Of a DNA stretch of 64,000 bases, positions 13,201 through 22,269 are shown piece after piece (position 1 is the first letter of the stretch; every line of letters begins with the position of its first letter). The notes under the pieces are model-generated. The model had not been told where the DNA came from, did no database searches, and saw only the letters and a list, made by a program, of their open reading frames with translations. This DNA comes from Eledone cirrhosa. Its lineage: Eukaryota. The stretch is taken from the NCBI GenBank assembly GCA_964016885.1, contig OZ024742.1, positions 367,784,001-367,848,000 on the forward strand. The letters run 5' to 3'. Position numbers and translations under genes: made by a program.

Positions 13201-16200
13201 GATCACTCATGGTCAAATGTTCGATTGGGAAACCAGCTGGTTTTATCTGGTCCTGTATCATTTGGTGATCACTCATGGTCGAATGTTCGATTGGGAAACC
13301 AGCTGGTTTTATCTGGTGCTGTATCATTTGGTGATCACTCATGGTCGAATGTTCGATTGGGAAACCAGCTGGTTTTATCTGGTCCTGTATCATTTGGTGA
13401 TCATATTGGTCGAATGTTCTATTGGAAAACCAGCTGGTTGTATCTGGTCCTGTGTCATTTGGTGATCTCTGTTGGTCGAATGTTCGATTGGAAAACCAGC
13501 TGGTTTTATCTGCTCCTGTATCATTTGGTGGTCAATCATGGTCGAATGTTCGATTGGGAAACCAGCTGGTTTTATCTGGTCCTGTGTCATTTGGTGATCA
13601 CTAATGGTCGAATGTTCGATTGGAAAATCAGCTGGTTTTATCTGGTCCTGTGTCATTTGGTGATCACTAATGGTCGAATGTTCGATTGGAAAACCAGCTG
13701 GTTGTATCTGGTCCTGTATCATTTGGTGATTACTCATGGTCGAATGTTCGATTGGGAAACCAGCTGGTTTTATCTGGTCCTGTATCATTTGCTGATCACT
13801 CATGGTCGAATGTTCGATTGGGAAACCAGCTGGTTTTATCTGGTCCTGTATCATTTGGTGATCACTCATGGTCGAATGTTCGATTGGGAAACCAGCTGGT
13901 TGTATCTGGTCCTGTATCATTTGGTGATCACTCATGGTCGAATGTTCGATTGGGAAACCAGCTGGTTCTATCTGGTCCTGTATCATTTGGTGATCACTCA
14001 TGGTCGAATGTTCGATTGGGAAACCAGCTGGTTTTATCTGGTCCTGTATCAATTGGTGATCACTCATGGTCGAATGTTCGATTGGAAAACCAGCTAGTTT
14101 TATCTGGTCCTGTATCATTTGGTGATCACTCATGGTCGAATGTTCGATTGGGAAACCAGCTGGTTTTATCTGGTCCTGTATCATTTGGTGATCACTCATG
14201 GTCGAATGTTCGATTGGGAAACCAGCTGGTTTTATCTGGTCCTGTATCATTTGGTGATCACTCATGGCCGAATGTTCGATTGGGAAACCAGCTGGTTTTA
14301 TCTGGTCCTGTATCATTTGTTGATCACTCATGGTGGAATGTTCGATTGGAAAACCAGCTGGTTTTATCTGGTCCTGTATCATTTGGTGATCACTCATGGT
14401 CGAAAGTTCGATTGGAAAACCAGCTGGTTTTATCTGGTCCTGTATCATTTGGTGATCACTCATGGTCGAATGTTCGATTGGGAAACCAGCTGGTTTTATC
14501 TGGTCCTGTATCATTTGGTGATCACTCATGGTCGAATGCTCGATTGGAAAACCAGCTGGTTTGATCTGGTCCTGTGTCATTTGGTGATCACTAATTGTCG
14601 AATGTTCGATTGGAAAACCAGCTGGTTTGATCTGGTCCTGTGTCATTTGGTGATCACTAATGGTAGAATGTTCGATTGGAAAACCAGCTGGTTTTATCTG
14701 GTCCTGTGTCATTTGGTGATCACTAATGGTCGAATGTTCGATTGGAAAACCAGCTGGTTTTATCTGGTCCTGTGTCATTTGGTGATCACTAATTGTCGAA
14801 TGTTCGATTTGGAAAACCAGCTGGCTTGATCTGGTCCTGTGTCATTTGGTGATCACTAATGGTCGAATGTTCGATTGGGAAACCAGCTGGTTTTATCTGG
14901 TCCTGTATCAATTGGTGATCACTCATGGTCGAATGTTCGATTGGAAAACCAGCTAGTTTTATCTGGTCCTGTATCATATGGTGATCACTCATGGTCGAAT
15001 GTTCGATTGGGAAACCAGCTGGTTTTATCTGGTCCTGTATCATTTGGTGATCACTCATGGTCGAATGTTCGATTGGGAAACCAGCTGGTTTTATCTGGTC
15101 CTGTATCAGAGATCCCTCATGGTGGAATGTTCGATTGGAAAACCAGCTGGTTTTATCTGGTCCTGTATCATTTGGTGATCACTAATGGTCGAATGTTCGA
15201 TTGGAAAACCAGCTGGTTTTATCTGTTCCTGTGTCATTTAGTGATCACTAATTGTCGAATGTTCGATTGGAAAATCAGCTGGTTTTATCTGGTCCTGTGT
15301 CATTTGGTGATCACTAATGGTCGAATGTTCGATTGGAAAATCAGCTGGTTTTATCTGGTCCTGTGTCATTTGGTGATGACTAATGGTCGAATGTTCGATT
15401 GGAAAACCAGCTGGTTGTATCTGGTCCTGTATCATTTGGTGATCACTCATGGTCGAATGTTCGATTGGGAAACCAGCTGATTTTATCTGGTCCTGTATCA
15501 TTTGGTGATCACTCATGGTCGAATGTTCGATTGGGAAACCAGCTGGTTTTATCTGGTCCTGTATCCTTTGGTGATCACTCATGGACGAATGCTCGATTGG
15601 AAAACCAGCTGGTTTGATCTGGTCCTGTGTCATTTGGTGATCACTAATTGTCGAATGTTCGATTGGAAAACCAGCTGGTTTGATCTGGTCCTGTGTCATT
15701 TGGTGATCACTAATGGTAGAATGTTCGATTGGAAAACCAGCTGGTTTTATCTGGTCCTGTGTCATTTGGTGATCACTAATGGTCGAATGTTCGATTGGAA
15801 AACCAGCTGGTTTTATCTGGTCCTGTGTCATTTGGTGATCACTAATTGTCGAATGTTCGATTTGGAAAACCAGCTGGCTTGATCTGGTCCTGTGTCATTT
15901 GGTGATCACTAATGGTCGAATGTTCGATTGGAAAATCAGCTGGTTTTATCTGGTCCTGTGTCATTTGGTGATCACTAATGGTCGAATGTTCTATTGGAAA
16001 ACCAGCTGGTTGTATCTGGTCCTGTGTCATTTGGTGATCTCTGTTGGTCGAATGTTCGATTGGAAAACCAGCTGGTTTTATCTGCTCCTGTATCATTTGG
16101 TGGTCAATCATGGTCGAATGTTCGATTGGGAAACCAGCTGGTTTTATCTGGTCCTGTGTCATTTGGTGATCACTAATGGTCGAATGTTCGATTGGAAAAT

Positions 16201-17960
16201 CAGCTGGTTTTATCTGGTCCTGTGTCATTTGGTGATCACTAATGGTCGAATGTTCGATTGGAAAACCAGCTGGTTGTATCTGGTCCTGTATCATTTGGTG
16301 ATTACTCATGGTCGAATGTTCGATTGGGAAACCAGCTGGTTTTATCTGGTCCTGTATCATTTGCTGATCACTCATGGTCGAATGTTCGATTGGGAAACCA
16401 GCTGGTTTTATCTGGTCCTGTATCATTTGGTGATCACTCATGGTCGAATGTTCGATTGGGAAACCAGCTGGTTGTATCTGGTCCTGTATCATTTGGTGAT
16501 CACTCATGGTCGAATGTTCGATTGGGAAACCAGCTGGTTCTATCTGGTCCTGTATCATTTGGTGATCACTCATGGTCGAATGTTCGATTGGGAAACCAGC
16601 TGGTTTTATCTGGTCCTGTATCAATTGGTTATCACTCATGGTCGAATGTTCGATTGGAAAACCAGCTAGTTTTATCTGGTCCTGTATCATTTGGTGATCA
16701 CTCATGGTCGAATGTTCGATTGGGAAACCAGCTGGTTTTATCTGGTCCTGTATCATTTGGTGATCACTCATGGTCGAATGTTCGATTGGGAAACCAGCTG
16801 GTTTTATCTGGTCCTGTATCATTTGGTGATCACTCATGGCCGAATGTTCGATTGGGAAACCAGCTGGTTTTATCTGGTCCTGTATCATTTGTTGATCACT
16901 CATGGTGGAATGTTCGATTGGAAAACCAGCTGGTTTTATCTGGTCCTGTATCATTTGGTGATCACTCATGGTCGAAAGTTCGATTGGAAAACCAGCTGGT
17001 TTTATCTGGTCCTGTATCATTTGGTGATCACTCATGGTCGAATGTTCGATTGGGAAACCAGCTGGTTTTATCTGGTCCTTTATCATTTGGTGATCACTCA
17101 TGGTCGAATGTTCGATTGGGAAAACAGCCTATTTTATCTGGTCCTGTATCATTTGGTGATCACTCATGGCCGAATGTTCGATTGGGAAACCAGCTGGTTT
17201 TATCTGGTCCTGTATCATTTGGTGATTACTCATGATGGAATGTTCGATTGGAAAACCAGCTGGTTTTATCTGGTCCTGTATCATTTGGTGATCACTAATG
17301 GTCGAATGTTCGATTGGAAAACCAGCTGGTTTTATCTGTTCCTGTGTCATTTGGTGATCACTAATTGTCGAATTGTTCGATTGGAAAATCAACTGGTTTT
17401 ATCTGGTCCTGTGTCATTTGGTGATCACTAATGGTCGAACGTTCGATTGGAAAACCAGCTGGTTGTATCTGGTCCTGTATCATTTGGTGATCACTCATGG
17501 TCGAATGTTCGATTGGGAAACCAGCTGGTTTTATCTGCTCCTGTATCATTTGGTGATCACTCATGGTCAAATGTTCGATTGGGAAACCAGCTGGTTTTAT
17601 CTGGTCCTGTATCATTTGGTGATCACTCATGGTCGAATGTTCGATTGGGAAACCAGCTGGTTTTATCTGGTGCTGTATCATTTGGTGATCACTCATGGTC
17701 GAATGTTCGATTGGGAAACCAGCTGGTTTTATCTGGTCCTGTATCATTTGGTGATCACTCATGGTCGAATGTTCGATTGGGAAACCAGCTGGTTTTATCT
17801 GGTCCTGTATCATTTGGTGATCACTCATGGTCGAATGTTCGATTGGGAAACCAGCTGGTTTTATCTGGTGCTGTATCATTTGGTGATCACTCATGGTCGA
17901 ATGTTCGATTGGGAAACCAGCTGGTTTTATCTGGTCCTGTATCATTTGGTGATCATATTG
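10250..17960. repeat. Second higher-order repeat of the 66-bp array, period 4552 bp (69 monomers minus 2 bp), about 1.7 copies with monomer gains and losses
   Basis: ORF offsets of 4552 (10323/14875, 10950/15502, 11290/15842), then 4486 (12205/16691, 12643/17129). Indels +1, -4, +1, +1, -1 in ~10256-13405 sum to -2 (69x66-2=4552). Confidence 0.9.
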
Positions 17961-18947
17961 GTCGAATGTTCGATTGGGAAACCAGCTGGTTTTATCTGGT
18001 CCTGTATCATTTGGTGATCACTCATGGTCGAAAGTTCGATTGGAAAACCAGCTGGTTTTATCTGGTCCTGTATCATTTGGTGATCACTCATGGTCGAATG
18101 TTCGATTGGGAAACCAGCTGGTTTTATCTGGTCCTTTATCATTTGGTGATCACTCATGGTCGATTGTTCGATTGGGAAAACAGCTGGTTTTATCTGGTCC
18201 TGTATCATTTGGTGATCACTAATGGTCGAATGTTCGATTGGAAAACCAGCTGGTTTTATCTGTTCCTGTGTCATTTGGTGATCACTAATTGTCGAATGTT
18301 CGATTGGAAAATCAGCTGGTTTTATCTGGTCCTGTGTCATTTGGTGATCACTAATGGTCGAATGTTCGATTGGAAAATCAGCTGGTTTTATCTGGTCCTG
18401 TGTCATTTGGTGATCACTAATGGTCGAATGTTCGATTGGAAAACCAGCTGGTTGTATCTGGTCCTGTATCATTTGGTGATCACTCATGGTCGAATGTTCG
18501 ATTGGGAAACCAGCTGGTTTTATCTGGTCCTGTATCATTTGGTGATCACTCATGGTCGAATGTTCGATTGGGAAACCAGCTGGTTTTATCTGGCCCTGTA
18601 TCATTTGGTGATCACTCATGGTCGAATGTTCGATTGGGAAACCAGCTGGTTTTATCTGGTCCTGTATCATTTGGTGATCACTCATGGCCGAATGTTCGAT
18701 TGGGAAACCAGCTGGTTTTATCTGGTCCTGTATCATTCGGTGATCACTAATGGTCGAATGTTCGATTGGAAAACCAGCTGGTTTTATCTGTTCCTGTGTC
18801 ATTTGGTGATCACTAATTGTCGAATGTTCGATTGGAAAATCAGCTGGTTTTATCTGGTCCTGTGTCATTTGGTGATCACTAATGGTCGAATGTTCGATTG
18901 GAAAATCAGCTGGTTTTATCTGGTCCTGTGTCATTTGGTGATCACTA

Positions 18948-21900
18948 ATTGACATAGTGAGATGTGAGATGTGAGATATAGAAGAGAGAGACATTGACAT
19001 AGTGAGATGTGAGATATAGAAGAGAGAGACATTGTCATAGTGAGATGTGAGTTTTAGAAGAGGGAGACATTGACATAGTGAGATGTGAGATATAGAAGAG
19101 AGAGACATTGACATAGTGAGATGTGAGATATAGAAGAGAGAGACATTGACATATTGAGATGTGAGTTTTAGAAGAGAGAGACATTGACATAGTGGGAAGT
19201 GAGATATAGAAGAGAGAGGCATTGACATAGTGAGATGTGAGATATAGAAGAGAGAGACATTGACATAGTGAGATGTGAGATTTAGAAGAGAGAGACATTG
19301 ACATAGTGAGATGTGAGATATAGAAGAGAGAGACTTTGGCATAGTGAGATGTGAGATATAGAAGAGAGAGATATTGACATAGTGAGATGTGAGATATAGA
19401 AGAGAGAGACATTGACATAGTGAGATGTGAGATATAGAAGAGGGAGACATTGACATAGTGAGATGTGAGATATAGAAGAGAGAGACATTGACATAGTGAG
19501 ATGTGAGATATAGAAGAGAGAGACATTGTCATAGTGAGATGTGAGATGTGATATATAGAAGAGAGAGACATTGACATAGTGAGATGTGAGATATAGAAGA
19601 GAGAGACATTGACATAGTGAGATGTGAGATATAGAAGAGAGAGACATTGACATAGTGAGATGTGAGATATAGAAGAGAGAGACATTGACATAGTGAGATG
19701 TGAGATGTGAGATATAGAAGAGATGGACATTGACATAGTGAGATGTGAGATACAGAAGAGAGAGACATTGACATAGTGAGATGTGCGATATAGAAGAGAG
19801 AGACATTGACATAGTGAGATGTGAGATATAGAAGAGAGAGACATTGACATAGTTAGATGTGAGATATAGAAGAGAGAGACATTGACATAGTGAGATGTGA
19901 GATTTAGAAGAGAGAGTCATTGACATAGTGAGATGTGAGATGTAGAAGAGAGAGACATTGACATAGTGAGATGTGAGATATAGAAGAGAGAGACATTGAC
20001 ATAGTGAGATGTGAGATATAGAAGAGAGAGACATTGACATAGTGAGATGTGAGATATAGAAGAGAGAGACATTGACATAGTGAGATGTGAGATGTGAGAT
20101 ATAGAAGAGATGGACATTCACATAGTGAGATGTGAGATACAGAAGAGAGAGACATTGACATAGTGAGATGTGAGATATAGAAGAGAGAGACATTGACATA
20201 GTTAGATGTGAGATATAGAAGAGAGAGACATTGACATAGTGAGATGTGAGATTTAGAAGAGAGAGTCATTGACATAGTGAGATGTGAGATGTAGAAGAGA
20301 GAGACATTGACATAGTGAGATGTGAGATATAGAAGAGAGAGACTTTGGCATAGTGAGATGTGAGATATAGAAGAGAGAGACATTGATATAGTGAGATATG
20401 AGATATAGAAGAGAGAGACATTGACATAGTGAGACGTGAGATGTGAGATATAGAAGTGAGACACATTGACATAGTGAGATGTGAGATGTGAGATATAGAA
20501 GAGAGAGACATTGACATAGTGAGATGTGAGATATAGAAGAGAGAGACATTGTCATAGTGAGATGTGAGATGTGAGATATAGAAGAGAGAGACATTGACAT
20601 AGTGAGATTTGAGATATTGAAGAGAGAGACATTGTCATAGTGAGATGTGAGATGTGAGATATAGAAGAGAGAGACATTGACATAGTGAGATGTGAGATAT
20701 AGAAGAGAGAGACATTGTCATAGTGAGATGTGAGATGTGAGATATAGAAGAGAGAGACATTGACATAGTGAGATGTGAGATATAGAAGAGAGAGACATTG
20801 TCATAGTGAGATGTGAGTTTTAGAAGAGGGAGACATTGACATAGTGAGATGTGAGATATAGAAGAGAGAGACATTGACATAGTGAGATGTGAGATATAGA
20901 AGAGAGAGACATTGACATATTGAGATGTGAGTTTTAGAAGAGAGAGACATTGACATAGTGGGAAGTGAGATATAGAAGAGAGAGGCATTGACATAGTGAG
21001 ATGTGAGATATAGAAGAGAGAGACATTGACATAGTGAGATGTAAGATATAGAAGAGAGAGACTTTGACATAGTGAGATGTGAGATATAGAAGAGAGAGAC
21101 ATTGGCATAGTGAGATGTGAGATGTGAGATATAGAAGAGATGGACATTGACATAGTGAGATGTGAGATATAGAAGAGAGAGACATTGTCATAGTGAGATG
21201 TGAGATGTGAGATATAGAAGAGAGAGACATTGACATAGTGAGATGTGAGATATAGAAGAGGGAGACATTGACATAGTGAGATGTGAGATGTGAGATATAG
21301 AAGAGATGGACATTGACATAGTGAGATGTGAGATATAGAAGAGAGAGACATTGACATAGTGAGATGTGCGATATAGAAGAGAGAGACATTGACATAGTGA
21401 GATGTGCGATATAGAAGAGAGAGACATTGACATAGTGAGATGTGAGATATAGAAGAGAGAGACATTGTCATAGTGAGATGTGAGATATAGAAGAGAGAGA
21501 CATTGACATAGTGAGATGTGAGATATAGAAGAGAGAGACTTTGGCATAGTGAGATGTGAGATGTGAGATATAGAAGAGAGAGACATTGACATAGTGAGAT
21601 GTGAGATATAGAAGAGAGAGACATTGTCATAGTGAGATGTGAGATGTGAGATATAGAAGAGAGAGACATTGACATAGTGAGATGTGAGATATAGAAGAGA
21701 GAGACATTGTCATAGGGAGATGTGAGTTTTAGAAGAGGGAGACATTGACATAGTGAGATGTGAGATATAGAAGAGAGAGACATTGACATAGTGAGATGTG
21801 AGCTATAGAAGAGAGAGACATTGACATATTGAGATGTGAGTTTTAGAAGAGAGAGACATTGACATAGTGGGAAGTGAGATATAGAAGAGAGAGGCATTGA

Positions 21901-22269
21901 CATAGTGAGATGTGAGATATAGAAGAGAGAGACATTGCCATAGTGAGATGTGAGATATAGAAGAGGGAGGCATTGACATAGTGAGATGTGAGATATAGAA
22001 GAGAGAGACATTGACATAGTGAGATGTGAGATATAGAAGAGAGAGACATTGACATAGTGAGATGTGAGATATAGAAGAGAGAGACATTGCCATAGTGAGA
22101 TGTGAGATATAGAAGAGGGAGGCATTGACATAGTGAGATGTGAGATATAGAAGAGAGAGACATTGACATAGTGAGATGTGAGATATAGAAGAGAGAGACA
22201 TTGTCATAGTGAGATGTGAGATGTGAGATATAGAAGAGAGAGACATTGACATAGTGAGATGTGAGATGT
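18948..22269. repeat. 38-bp purine-rich tandem array (~85 units), consensus GACATTGACATAGTGAGATGTGAGATATAGAAGAGAGA, with about 15 units of 45 bp carrying an extra GTGAGAT
   Basis: Period read directly; the consensus has 28/38 purines and only 2 C on the plus strand. 45-bp variants occur at e.g. ~19531, ~19691, ~20080, ~21108 and ~22207. Confidence 0.98.

Larger units (their letters stand above)
1..18951. repeat. 66-bp tandem satellite array (~287 units), consensus GTCCTGT(A/G)TCATTTGGTGATCACT(C/A)ATGGTCGAATGTTCGATTGG(G/A)AAACCAGCTGGTTTTATCTG; continues beyond the left window edge
   Basis: Head-to-tail 66-bp period read directly (unit starts at 1, 67, 133...), 22-aa periodicity in all supplied ORFs, about 44% GC in the A/C/G-type consensus, G+T-rich plus strand. 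Confidence 0.99.

Noticed and set aside
13-18952. Plus-strand Trp/Leu-rich ORFs (VITHGRMFDWETSWFYLVLYHL)n and (GDHSWSNVRLGNQLVLSGPVSF)n as genes
   Set aside because: These are overlapping ORFs in several frames and both strands, with arbitrary starts, propagated stops and frameshifts, and no non-repetitive domain. That is expected from a unit length divisible by 3.
17942-22252. Minus-strand Ser/Leu/His-rich ORFs over the 38-bp array, including the 504-aa ORF crossing the junction
   Set aside because: The pyrimidine-rich strand lacks stops by composition, and the 38-bp unit cycles through all three frames, so the same peptide appears in every frame.
18948-22269. Canonical telomeric repeat or inserted transposon
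   Set aside because: There is no TTAGGG/TTAGG-type G-tract unit, no terminal inverted repeats or target-site duplication, and the two flanks are different satellites.
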